DNA from: Vulcanimicrobiota bacterium
Lineage (GTDB): Bacteria > Vulcanimicrobiota > Vulcanimicrobiia > Eremiobacterales > Eremiobacteraceae
Reading direction: 5' to 3'
DNA: 64,000 bases
Assembly (NCBI GenBank): GCA_036741695.1
Contig: DAINRU010000002.1
Location: 17,862-81,861 of the forward strand
Shown: piece by piece, positions 1 through 8,959 of the stretch
Position numbering within the stretch: position 1 is the first letter of the stretch
Layout of the letters: every line of letters starts with the position of its first letter
The notes under the pieces: generated by a model
Told to the model about the DNA's origin: nothing
Seen by the model: the letters and a program-made list of their open reading frames with translations, nothing else
Databases searched by the model: none
Made by a program: the position numbers and the translations under genes

Positions 1-126
1 GTTTTCTCGCTCGGCGGCAACATAGCTGAATTCGTACCACCGGCCGTGCTGCGCGCGATGAAACGACTCGGCGTTCGCCGCGCGCCTGTGAAGAAGAAAA
101 AGTTGAAGAGAGGGAGTACAGCATGA
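1..126 (+). CDS. coaD: C-terminal fragment of a phosphopantetheine adenylyltransferase-like protein (gene starts left of the window)
   Basis: Frame 1 is open from the window edge to TGA at 124-126. The tail ..GGNIAEFVPPAVLRAMKRL resembles the conserved CoaD C-terminus (GG-x-V-x-x-FVP-x-x-V). Its position upstream of ylbL/DUF177/rpmF fits Firmicutes-type synteny. Confidence 0.4.
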   Translation, partial: VFSLGGNIAEFVPPAVLRAMKRLGVRRAPVKKKKLKRGSTA

Positions 127-599
127 GCGCGTACCGCGTCATCGACAAAATGGAAATCGTCGTCCGCGAGGGCGTCTGGCTGCCCTTCGGCTGGCGAGCG
201 CTGAACGCCGATGTGGTCCTGGACCTCATCGAGAAGCTGCGCAGTACACTGCCCGAGGATGGGGCTCGCTCGCGACACGGTGCGGACAGCACGGACGGCG
301 AGGGTGGTGTGGGTCTTCCAGCGACGCCGGCCGCAGAGCGATCCAGCGTTGCGACAAGTTCGGCCAAGAACGAGGCCGAGGTCATCGCACGGGCACAGTC
401 GCGGGCGGACGACATCATCGCCGATGCCCAAGCGGCAGCTCGCGACATCCGCCGCGGCGCCGACGAGTATGCCGATCACGTGCTCGCGTCGCTCGACGCC
501 AGTCTCGCGAAGGCGCTCGCAGCCGTGCAGAAGGGCCGACAGACGCTGGCCACCTCGGCGACCAATGGCAAGTCGCCTCGCGAAATGAGCACCTTATAA
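123..599 (+). CDS. Conserved hypothetical coiled-coil protein (ATP synthase subunit b/H-like)
   Basis: ATGA overlap with the preceding stop. The N-terminus reads RVIDKMEIVVREGVWLPFGWRALNADVVLDLIEKLRSTLPED and is followed by an Ala/Arg/Asp-rich helical region typical of this small family. High third-position GC. Confidence 0.6.
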   Translation: MSAYRVIDKMEIVVREGVWLPFGWRALNADVVLDLIEKLRSTLPEDGARSRHGADSTDGEGGVGLPATPAAERSSVATSSAKNEAEVIARAQSRADDIIADAQAAARDIRRGADEYADHVLASLDASLAKALAAVQKGRQTLATSATNGKSPREMSTL

Positions 600-655
600 G
601 CGACGCTTCGCTGCGCCCGTCGCCCCGTCGTTCGCGTGCCGCGCGGTTCGCGCGC

Positions 656-1627
656 GTGATTCTCGTGGCGGCGCTCATCGTCGCGCCGTTTTTTGTGATC
701 CCGATACCGTATATCATCTTCGGGCCTGGCGCGGCAGTGGATCTGAACAAGGCCATCGTCGTGCCGAACCGCACGCCGCCGCCGGGACGCTTTTTCCTCA
801 CCGACATCAACCTGCTGCCCGGCCGGCCCGCCTACTACCTCGCGGCGAAGATCCTCCCCGGATTCGAGATCATCCGGCGGCGCGAGCTGGTACCGCCCAA
901 CGTGAGCGATCGTGATCTGGACAACGAACTCGTCGACGCGATGCGTGAAAGCCAGACGAATGCGCAGATCGTCGCTGAACGCGCGGCCGGGCTCAAGGTG
1001 CTGGCCACCTCGTATTTCATCATCGTCAAGACGGTGCCGCGCTCACCCGGTTCGCGTTGCTTCGAGCGGGGTGATAAGATCAGCCGCGTCGACGGCAAGG
1101 TGCTGGCCGATGCGGGCAGCATCGCCGCGGCGACGACGGCACGGCCAGCGGGGACACATTTCGCGTTGACCCTGCAGCGCAAGGGCCAGCGGCGCGTTGT
1201 CGTCTGCACGACGTTCCGCTATCGGGGCAAGGCGCGGTTCGGCGTCACTGGGGTCTTTCAAACCGAAGCCTACTCCCTGCCGGTCCACGTGCAATACCGG
1301 TTGCCCAATATAAACGGCTCGTCGGCAGGACTCATGTTCGCGCTGCAGATCTATCGCACCATCACGGGCTCCGACATATCTTCCGGGCGCGATGTCGCCG
1401 GCACCGGAGTGCTGAGCGCCGACGGGAAGGTGCAAGCCATCGAGGGCGCCCGCGAAAAAGTACGCGCCGCGATCAGGGCGCACGCCGAGATCTTTTTCGT
1501 GCCACAAGCAAATTACGGCGATATTCGGGGGACCGGCGGCATCCGCATCATACCGGTTGCGACATTTAACGACGCGCTGCGCGCGTTGGGCAGCTCGTCT
1601 GCGGCACGGGTGAAGCCTGCCATTTGA
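656..1627 (+). CDS. YlbL/SepM-like PDZ domain protein with a Lon (S16) C-terminal protease domain
   Basis: N-terminal TM helix, PDZ-like GDKISRVDGKVL, and Lon-type serine motif NGSSAGLMFALQIY..DVAGTG. Confidence 0.75.
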   Translation: MILVAALIVAPFFVIPIPYIIFGPGAAVDLNKAIVVPNRTPPPGRFFLTDINLLPGRPAYYLAAKILPGFEIIRRRELVPPNVSDRDLDNELVDAMRESQTNAQIVAERAAGLKVLATSYFIIVKTVPRSPGSRCFERGDKISRVDGKVLADAGSIAAATTARPAGTHFALTLQRKGQRRVVVCTTFRYRGKARFGVTGVFQTEAYSLPVHVQYRLPNINGSSAGLMFALQIYRTITGSDISSGRDVAGTGVLSADGKVQAIEGAREKVRAAIRAHAEIFFVPQANYGDIRGTGGIRIIPVATFNDALRALGSSSAARVKPAI

Positions 1628-2184
1628 CAGGCCGCCAGGGCAGTTCCTATAATAACAGTTCTGTGAAGATCCCCGTCGATCGCCTCTTCCATCCCGATGT
1701 CGAAGCCATCGAGGTCGACCAGCAGCTGCGGCTGACCGGCGACCTCGCAGCGCGGTATCCTGATGGCGTCCATGTCAGCGCGCGGATCACGCCCGTCACC
1801 CGCGGCGTGCACATGCAAGGAAGACTCGAGGGCACGGAGGCCGAGACGTGCGTCCGATGCCTTGAGGGATTCGCGCGTCCGGCCACGATCGATATCGAGG
1901 AGACATTCAGCGAGGATGTCGGTCGCGATCAAGATTTCTACGCAGATGTCGCCCCGCTCGTGGACCGCAGCATCGACCTGTCGGATCTCGTCTCCCAGCT
2001 CCTGGAAGTCGACGAGCCGATGGCGGCCATCTGCCGACCGTCCTGTTTGGGGATTTGCCCCGGGTGCGGCGCGAACCGCAATGCCGTGTCGTGTGGTTGC
2101 GAAGCGCACACTCCTGACACACGGTTGGCAGGCTTGGCTCGTTTGCGGGACGAAATGCAGGCCAACGACAAGAACGGTCGCTAG
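1624..2184 (+). CDS. DUF177 (YceD/YlbN) family protein
   Basis: Cys clusters CVRCLEGF and CRPSCLGICPGCGANRN in an acidic protein directly upstream of rpmF, as in most bacteria. The exact start is uncertain. Confidence 0.75.
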   Translation: MTGRQGSSYNNSSVKIPVDRLFHPDVEAIEVDQQLRLTGDLAARYPDGVHVSARITPVTRGVHMQGRLEGTEAETCVRCLEGFARPATIDIEETFSEDVGRDQDFYADVAPLVDRSIDLSDLVSQLLEVDEPMAAICRPSCLGICPGCGANRNAVSCGCEAHTPDTRLAGLARLRDEMQANDKNGR

Positions 2185-2223
2185 ATTTCCATTTGCTATC
2201 CTTAGACATGTAGCGACGGACCT

Positions 2224-2250
2224 TTGAAGCAACGGACCTTGAGGTCCGTT
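2224..2250 (-). repeat. Palindromic leader repeat, copy 1 (inverted orientation)
   Basis: ttgaagcaacggaccttgaggtccgtt is the reverse complement of the consensus AACGGACC-N4-GGTCCGTTGCTTCAA. 8-bp stem, 4-nt loop. An extra half-site acggacc lies at 2216-2222. Confidence 0.8.
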
Positions 2251-2262
2251 TACGAGGAACCC

Positions 2263-2469
2263 ATGGCACAACCGAAACAAAAACGCAGCAAATCGAACAT
2301 CAGGTCCCGCCGCCGAAACTGGAAGCTGCGCAAAGTGACGCTCTCCAGCTGCCCGCAGTGCAAGCATGCGCGCCGCCCGCACTACGCGTGCAGCAATTGT
2401 GGATATTACAATGGACGTCCAGCGATCAAGAGCGGGAGCGCAGCGGTCGAGAGCACGGCGAAGGGTTAA
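2263..2469 (+). CDS. rpmF: 50S ribosomal protein L32
   Basis: MAQPKQKRSKSNIRSRRRNW plus zinc ribbon CPQC..CSNCG. ATG 2263 is preferred over the track start at 2224, which lies inside the repeat hairpin. Confidence 0.9.
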   Translation: MAQPKQKRSKSNIRSRRRNWKLRKVTLSSCPQCKHARRPHYACSNCGYYNGRPAIKSGSAAVESTAKG

Positions 2470-2472
2470 CGA

Positions 2473-3522
2473 TTGAATAGCTACGGCGCCACCATCACCG
2501 GCGTCGGCTACTATGCGCCTCCCGGCGTGCTGACCAACGAGGATCTCGAGAAGCTCGTCGACACGAGCGACGAATGGATCACACAGCGCACGGGTATGAA
2601 GCGGCGCCATATCATCGCGCCCGACGGCGTGACGTCGGACCTGGCACTGCCGGCTGCGCGCGCGGCGTTGGAGGCGGCGGGCAAGACCGCGGCCGACATC
2701 GACTGCATCATCTGCGCGACCGCCACACCCGATTACCCATTCCCGGCGATGGCCTGCATCGTCGCGTCACGACTCGAAGTGGCTGGCACCCCCGCCTTCG
2801 ACATCTCGATCGCCTGCTCGGGATTCGTCTACGCCATGACGACGGCCGCATCGTTCGTCCGTTCCGGCGTGTTTTCATCGGTGCTGGTCATCGGCGCCGA
2901 GGCCCTCTCCAAGATCACCGACTACACCGACCGCGCGACGTGCATCCTATTCGGGGATGGCGCGGGCGCTGCGGTCATCGAGCGTTCCGAGGAGGATTGT
3001 TTCTTGGGCGCCGACCTCGGCGCGGATGGATCCGATCCGACGGTGCTCTACATGCCGGGCGGGGGCAGCCGTTTTCCTTATAACCGCAACGGGGAGCTCG
3101 CCGACCAGCGCCTCGGGTACATCAAGATGCAGGGGCAAAGTGTCTTCAAGTTCGCGGTCAACCAGATGGCCGCGTCCACGCGCAACGCGCTCGAGCGTGC
3201 CGGCCTGTCGACGAGCGACATCGATATCGTGATCCCCCATCAGGCCAATCTGCGCATCATCGACGCCACCATCAAGATGCTCGGCGTGCCGCAGGAGAAG
3301 TGCATTATCAACATCGCCGAATATGGCAACACGTCAGCCGCGTCGATCCCCATCGCCCTCGGCGAGGCGGTCGAGCAAGGGCTCATCAAGAAGGATGACG
3401 TTGTCGTGCTGGTCGCGTTCGGCGGCGGGCTGTCGTGGGGCTCGACCGTCTGGCGCTGGAAAGGCGTCAAGGTCGGTAGACCCAAGGCCGCGCGGGCGAC
3501 CATGGCGAGCAGCGCCGGGTAG
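2473..3522 (+). CDS. fabH: 3-oxoacyl-ACP synthase III
   Basis: GVGYYAP..LTNEDLEKLVDTSDEWITQRTGMKRRH, active-site ACSGFVYAM, HQANLRII, GNTSAASIP. Confidence 0.92.
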   Translation: MNSYGATITGVGYYAPPGVLTNEDLEKLVDTSDEWITQRTGMKRRHIIAPDGVTSDLALPAARAALEAAGKTAADIDCIICATATPDYPFPAMACIVASRLEVAGTPAFDISIACSGFVYAMTTAASFVRSGVFSSVLVIGAEALSKITDYTDRATCILFGDGAGAAVIERSEEDCFLGADLGADGSDPTVLYMPGGGSRFPYNRNGELADQRLGYIKMQGQSVFKFAVNQMAASTRNALERAGLSTSDIDIVIPHQANLRIIDATIKMLGVPQEKCIINIAEYGNTSAASIPIALGEAVEQGLIKKDDVVVLVAFGGGLSWGSTVWRWKGVKVGRPKAARATMASSAG

Positions 3523-3525
3523 ATC

Positions 3526-4482
3526 ATGCCGAGCGCGGGGTTCATCTTCCCGGGGCAAGGATCGCAGACGGTCGGCATGGGTGCGGAGCTCTCCGCGCGC
3601 TTTTCGGAATCACGTGCATGCTTCGAGCGCGCCTCGCAGGTCGTGGGCTACGATCTGCTCGAGCGAGTGAACACAAGCACTCCTGACGAGCTCAAAGACA
3701 CCCGCTTGAGCCAACCCGCGATATTCACCGCCAACGTGGCGATCTATCGGGCAGTAGCCACACTCGGTCTGACGCCGATCGTCTCTGCCGGCCACTCCTT
3801 CGGCGAATACTGCTCGCTGACCATCGCAGATGCGCTCGATTTCGACGAAGCGGTGGGCATCGTCAACGAGCGCGGACTGGCGATGGGTGAAGCCGCTGAC
3901 GTCACCCCTGGTCTCATGGCTGCGATCATCGGCCTCGAAGAGCAGGCCGTCGACGAGGTCTGCAGGCTGGCGCGCGAAGCGAGCGGTAAGCGGGTGGACT
4001 TAGGGAATCTCAACACGCTGAGCCAGATCGTGATCTCGGGCGACGCGCCCGCGGTGGAAGCGGCCTGCGAGATCGCCAAGGAGCGAGGCGCCAAACGCGT
4101 CCGCATCCTCAACGTATCGGGAGCGTGGCACAGCACGCTCATGGAGCCGGCGATGCCGCGCTTCTCGCGGGCCGTCGCGGCAGCCAAGCTGCGCATGCCG
4201 TCTTTCACCATCATCAGCAATGTCATCGCGCGACCCTACTCCTCGGTCGATGAGATCCGCAGCTGCTTGCTCGCGAGCCTGTGCGCACGCGTTCGCTGGC
4301 ACGAGACCGCGATCGCTCTTGTCGCGCTCGCGCCGGAGTACATCGTCGAGTGCGGCGCAAGCGAGGTGCTCGCACCGATGATGAAACGCTTGCCCGGCGT
4401 CGACGGCGCACGCGTCGTGCACGTGGCCGATGCGGCGACCTTGGAGGACTTGGCGGACGCAGTCGGGTCTGCCACCACATGA
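3526..4482 (+). CDS. fabD: Malonyl-CoA-ACP transacylase
   Basis: FIFPGQGSQTVGMG and the GHSFGEY nucleophile motif. Confidence 0.9.
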   Translation: MPSAGFIFPGQGSQTVGMGAELSARFSESRACFERASQVVGYDLLERVNTSTPDELKDTRLSQPAIFTANVAIYRAVATLGLTPIVSAGHSFGEYCSLTIADALDFDEAVGIVNERGLAMGEAADVTPGLMAAIIGLEEQAVDEVCRLAREASGKRVDLGNLNTLSQIVISGDAPAVEAACEIAKERGAKRVRILNVSGAWHSTLMEPAMPRFSRAVAAAKLRMPSFTIISNVIARPYSSVDEIRSCLLASLCARVRWHETAIALVALAPEYIVECGASEVLAPMMKRLPGVDGARVVHVADAATLEDLADAVGSATT

Positions 4483-5222
4483 TCAATCACGGCAAGACGG
4501 CGCTCGTGACCGGAGCGGGCACGGGTATCGGCAGAGCCATTGCGCTCGAACTGGCGCGCAGCGGAGCTGCAGTCATGCTCGCTGGGCGGCGCCCCGACGT
4601 CCTCAATGCAGTCCAGCAGGAGGTGGCCGGGTTCGGCGGAACCGCGCACGTGCATCCGGCCGACGTGGCTGATCCGGAGCAGGCCGCGCAGCTCGTGGCC
4701 GCGGCGAAGTCGGCGATGGGCAGGATCGACATACTGGTGAACAACGCCGGCCGGCCCTACGACACGCTCATCCTGCGCATGAAGTGGGATGCGCTTGATG
4801 ACGCGCTCGCAGTGAATCTCAAAAGCATGTTTTATCTCAGCGCGGCGGCGGGAAAGGTGATGCTGTCGCAGAAGAGCGGGTCGATCGTCAACATCACGTC
4901 GGTCGTCGCATTGACCGGTAACGCAGGGCAAAGCGCGTATGTCGCAGCGAAGGCTGGCGTGATCGGACTGACGAAGTCGCTGGCGCAGGAATTTGGGACC
5001 CGCAACATCCGGGTGAATGCCGTGGCGCCGGGCTTTATCGAGACCGACATGACGACGGCACTGCCGGAGGCGCTCAAAACACAGTATCAAGAGCGCATAC
5101 CCTTGCGACGGTTCGGTAGCGCAGATGAGGTGGCGAAGGTCGTCTCGTTTTTGGCGAGCGATGGGTCAGCCTACATCACAGGACAAGTCGTCGCGGTCGA
5201 CGGCGGGCTTTCGACAAGGTGA
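4479..5222 (+). CDS. fabG: 3-oxoacyl-ACP reductase (SDR)
   Basis: KTALVTGAGTGIGRAIA Rossmann motif, NNAG, YVAAKAG catalytic Y-x-x-x-K. ATGA overlap with the fabD stop. The track ORF from 4281 is an upstream read-through. Confidence 0.9.
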   Translation: MINHGKTALVTGAGTGIGRAIALELARSGAAVMLAGRRPDVLNAVQQEVAGFGGTAHVHPADVADPEQAAQLVAAAKSAMGRIDILVNNAGRPYDTLILRMKWDALDDALAVNLKSMFYLSAAAGKVMLSQKSGSIVNITSVVALTGNAGQSAYVAAKAGVIGLTKSLAQEFGTRNIRVNAVAPGFIETDMTTALPEALKTQYQERIPLRRFGSADEVAKVVSFLASDGSAYITGQVVAVDGGLSTR

Positions 5223-5288
5223 TCGCCCCCTCGCCCGTATACTAAAAACCCAACAACCCGATGAACCCATGGAGGTAGCGACAGCCCG

Positions 5289-5528
5289 ATGTCAGTGTTC
5301 GACAAAGTGAAAAAATGCATCGTTGAGCAGCTCGGCGTTGACGAGAACGAAGTCACGCCCGAGGCGTCGATCACGGACGATCTCGGCGCGGATTCCCTCG
5401 ATCAAGTGGAACTGGTCATGGCATTGGAAACGGAATTCAACCTCGATATCCCGGACGAGGACGCAGAGAAGATCAAGACGGTGGGCGACGCCGTCCGCTA
5501 CATAGAGGAAGTCTCAGAAAAAGCTTAG
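5289..5528 (+). CDS. acpP: Acyl carrier protein
   Basis: [17 protein letters not shown] phosphopantetheine attachment motif; 79 aa. Confidence 0.93.
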   Translation: MSVFDKVKKCIVEQLGVDENEVTPEASITDDLGADSLDQVELVMALETEFNLDIPDEDAEKIKTVGDAVRYIEEVSEKA

Positions 5529-5570
5529 CGCGGTTTCGCGGCTCCGCCTCATCGCGCACCCGCGGTTGCC

Positions 5571-5589
5571 GGCCGGATGTGATCCGGCC
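5571..5589 (+). terminator. Hairpin downstream of acpP (terminator-like, no U-tract)
   Basis: ggccgga-tgtga-tccggcc: 7-bp stem, 5-nt loop, 43 nt after the acpP stop. Confidence 0.3.
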
Positions 5590-5597
5590 GCTCCATA

Positions 5598-6908
<1,311 letters not shown>

Positions 6909-6923
6909 ACACACCTAGAGATG

Positions 6924-6951
6924 AACGGACCTAAAGGTCCGTTGCTTCAAG
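6924..6951 (+). repeat. Palindromic leader repeat, copy 2
   Basis: aacggacctaaaggtccgttgcttcaag lies between the ffh stop and the rpsP Shine-Dalgarno (gaaggag at about 6958). Confidence 0.85.
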
Positions 6952-6969
6952 AGCTATGAAGGAGACATA

Positions 6970-7266
6970 TTGAGCGTCAAGATCAGACTGCGCCGTACGG
7001 GCGCAAAAAAGCAACCATCGTACCGCTTCGTCGTCGCCGATACTCGATCGCCGCGCGACGGGCGATTTCTCGAGATCATCGGGCACTACAACCCGCGCCA
7101 CAATCCCGTCGAGATCGTTGTGAACGAAGACAAGGTGAAACACTGGCTCGGCCGAGGCGCCCTGCCGTCGGGAACGGCCGCACGGCTGCTGGCGCAAAAG
7201 GGGTTATACGACAAGGCGCTAGTCCCGACGCGCAAGGCACGAGCGCGCAAGAAAGAGAGCAAGTGA
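6970..7266 (+). CDS. rpsP: 30S ribosomal protein S16
   Basis: (M)SVKIRLRRTGAKKQPSYRFVVADTRSPRDGRFLEIIGHYNP; TTG start preceded by gaaggag. Confidence 0.92.
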   Translation: MSVKIRLRRTGAKKQPSYRFVVADTRSPRDGRFLEIIGHYNPRHNPVEIVVNEDKVKHWLGRGALPSGTAARLLAQKGLYDKALVPTRKARARKKESK

Positions 7267-7269
7267 CCT

Positions 7270-7659
7270 ATGTCCGAGCGTCCGCCTGAGTTCGTAGACC
7301 TCGAGGAAGAGGAACCGTTCATCGAGCGCGATGAGCCGATCGGCGCGCAGCCGCCGCCACCGGAGCTCGATGACGAAGAAGAGGAAGAGGGGCTCGGCGG
7401 CGAGGCCGACGATGACGTCATCGGCCGCGCAGCTGCGGTGTTGAAATACATCGTCGAGCGCATCGTCGACGACCCGAGCCAGATCTCCATCGGAGCGACG
7501 ACCGACGATCGCGGTCCCGTGCTGCTGCTGAGCGTTGCCGAGGACGACCGCGGAAAAGTGATCGGCCGTCAGGGCCGCATCGTGCAGGCCATTCGCACGA
7601 TCGTCAAGGCGGCGACCGTGGGCACGGGCGAGCGCGTCAACGTCGAGATCGTCGACTAA
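7270..7659 (+). CDS. KH-domain RNA-binding protein (YlqC family) with an acidic N-terminal extension
   Basis: The C-terminal ~80 aa match the YlqC pattern (VLKYIVERIVDDP..GKVIGRQGRIVQAIRTIVKAA..RVNVEIVD). The N-terminal ~55 aa are Glu/Asp/Pro-rich with high GC3. Confidence 0.8.
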   Translation: MSERPPEFVDLEEEEPFIERDEPIGAQPPPPELDDEEEEEGLGGEADDDVIGRAAAVLKYIVERIVDDPSQISIGATTDDRGPVLLLSVAEDDRGKVIGRQGRIVQAIRTIVKAATVGTGERVNVEIVD

Positions 7660-7669
7660 AGGCAAGCCC

Positions 7670-8173
7670 TTGCCGGACGACGTCGTCGTCGGGCGCATCC
7701 TCGGCGCCTTCGGCCTGCGTGGAGAGGTCAAACTCGCCGCGGCGGATCCGAGTGCGTTTCGCGCCGGGCTTCGCATCGGGCTGCGAGATGAGAGCGGCTC
7801 TGGGTCCACGAGCGTGGTCGACTCGATCCGCCCGCATAAGAACTATCTCGTCGTGCGCCTTCGGGGACTCGATGACCCAAGCGCGGCCCGGGCGCTGAGC
7901 GGTGCAACCGTCACCATCGCACGGCGCGACCTTCCCGAGCTGCCGCCTCATGCATATCGCCGTGGCGAGCTCGTCGGTCTCCAAGTAGTGGACGGGCAGC
8001 GCGGCGCACTCGGCCCGGTGGTGGAGATCAGGCGTTACCCTTCCTGCGACATGCTCGTCGTCGGCGCCGCACAACTGCTCGTGCCGATGCTGCATGCGTA
8101 CCGAGTCGAGGTGGACGTCGACGCTGGCGAGATTCGCGTGGATCTGCCGCCCGGTTTTGAAGAGCTCACCTGA
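7670..8173 (+). CDS. rimM: 16S rRNA processing protein RimM
   Basis: VVGRILGAFGLRGEVKL and a PRC-barrel C-terminal part; canonical position after rpsP and the KH gene. Confidence 0.88.
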   Translation: MPDDVVVGRILGAFGLRGEVKLAAADPSAFRAGLRIGLRDESGSGSTSVVDSIRPHKNYLVVRLRGLDDPSAARALSGATVTIARRDLPELPPHAYRRGELVGLQVVDGQRGALGPVVEIRRYPSCDMLVVGAAQLLVPMLHAYRVEVDVDAGEIRVDLPPGFEELT

Positions 8174-8175
8174 AC

Positions 8176-8883
8176 CTATTCTGACGATGGCGCAGGCAGC
8201 GACTCGAGGAACGCGGCGATCGCCGCGTTGCTCTCAACCGGCTTTTCAGCCATGACGATGTGACCGGCTCCGGGCACGACGACCAAGCGGCTGCTGGTAA
8301 GCCGTTCGTGCAAGAAGGTCGAGTACTTGGGCGGCGTCATCTGGTCGTGCGCGCCCACGATGATCAGCGCCGGCAGGCGGAGCTCGGCGAGACGGTCCAT
8401 GACGTCGAATTCGTTGCAAGCAGCGTAGTCGGTCCTCGTGGAGTCACGGCCGACGAGCAGATGCCACCCTTTTGCGCGCTCGCGCAGTTCAGCCGGAGCG
8501 GCGGTGGAAAGCGCAAAGCTCACAAGCCTGTCGATGCACGCCGGCCAATCGTCATCGATCATCGAAAAGATCTCGGCGGACACCCGCAGCTTTGCGCCCG
8601 TGCCGATGAGGATGAGGCCCGCCGCCTGGTCCGGTCTGTCTAACGCCCAGCGCAGTGCGATCGCACCCCCGAGCGAGTTGCCGGCGACCACCGCTTTGCC
8701 TGCGCGCTTCCAGTCCACATAGCGCGCGAGCCACGCGGCGCAGGCTTGCACCGACCCAAGCGCCTGTCCAGCGGGGTGGCCAGGCAACGACAAGGCGTCC
8801 GAGCCTGGAAAGGCCCGAACCTGCTCCCGGAAACTATCCTCCGTGTAGCCGGATCCGTGGAGGTACAAGAGCTGCTGCGGCAT
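8176..8883 (-). CDS. Alpha/beta hydrolase
   Basis: LLYLHGSGYT and the nucleophile elbow GNSLGGAIAL, with GAGH near the C-terminus. I start it at ATG 8883; the track ORF up to 9321 is an antisense read-through. Confidence 0.75.
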   Translation of the reverse strand: MPQQLLYLHGSGYTEDSFREQVRAFPGSDALSLPGHPAGQALGSVQACAAWLARYVDWKRAGKAVVAGNSLGGAIALRWALDRPDQAAGLILIGTGAKLRVSAEIFSMIDDDWPACIDRLVSFALSTAAPAELRERAKGWHLLVGRDSTRTDYAACNEFDVMDRLAELRLPALIIVGAHDQMTPPKYSTFLHERLTSSRLVVVPGAGHIVMAEKPVESNAAIAAFLESLPAPSSE

Positions 8884-8959
8884 TCGAGCCGGGCTTCGCC
8901 TTGGCGGATGGGGCTTCCGGCGGGAGCCATAGGATATCGTACATGCGTTCGAAAAACGT

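Noticed and set aside
1513-2610. 365-aa minus-strand ORF spanning DUF177, rpmF and the fabH start
   Set aside because: It is antisense to three well-supported genes and has Arg/Ala-rich, low-complexity composition typical of shadow ORFs in GC-rich DNA. It has no motifs.
4236-5090. 284-aa minus-strand ORF and several 60-160-aa ORFs overlapping fabD/fabG
   Set aside because: They are antisense or off-frame overlaps of genes with clear motifs, which is typical GC-rich noise.
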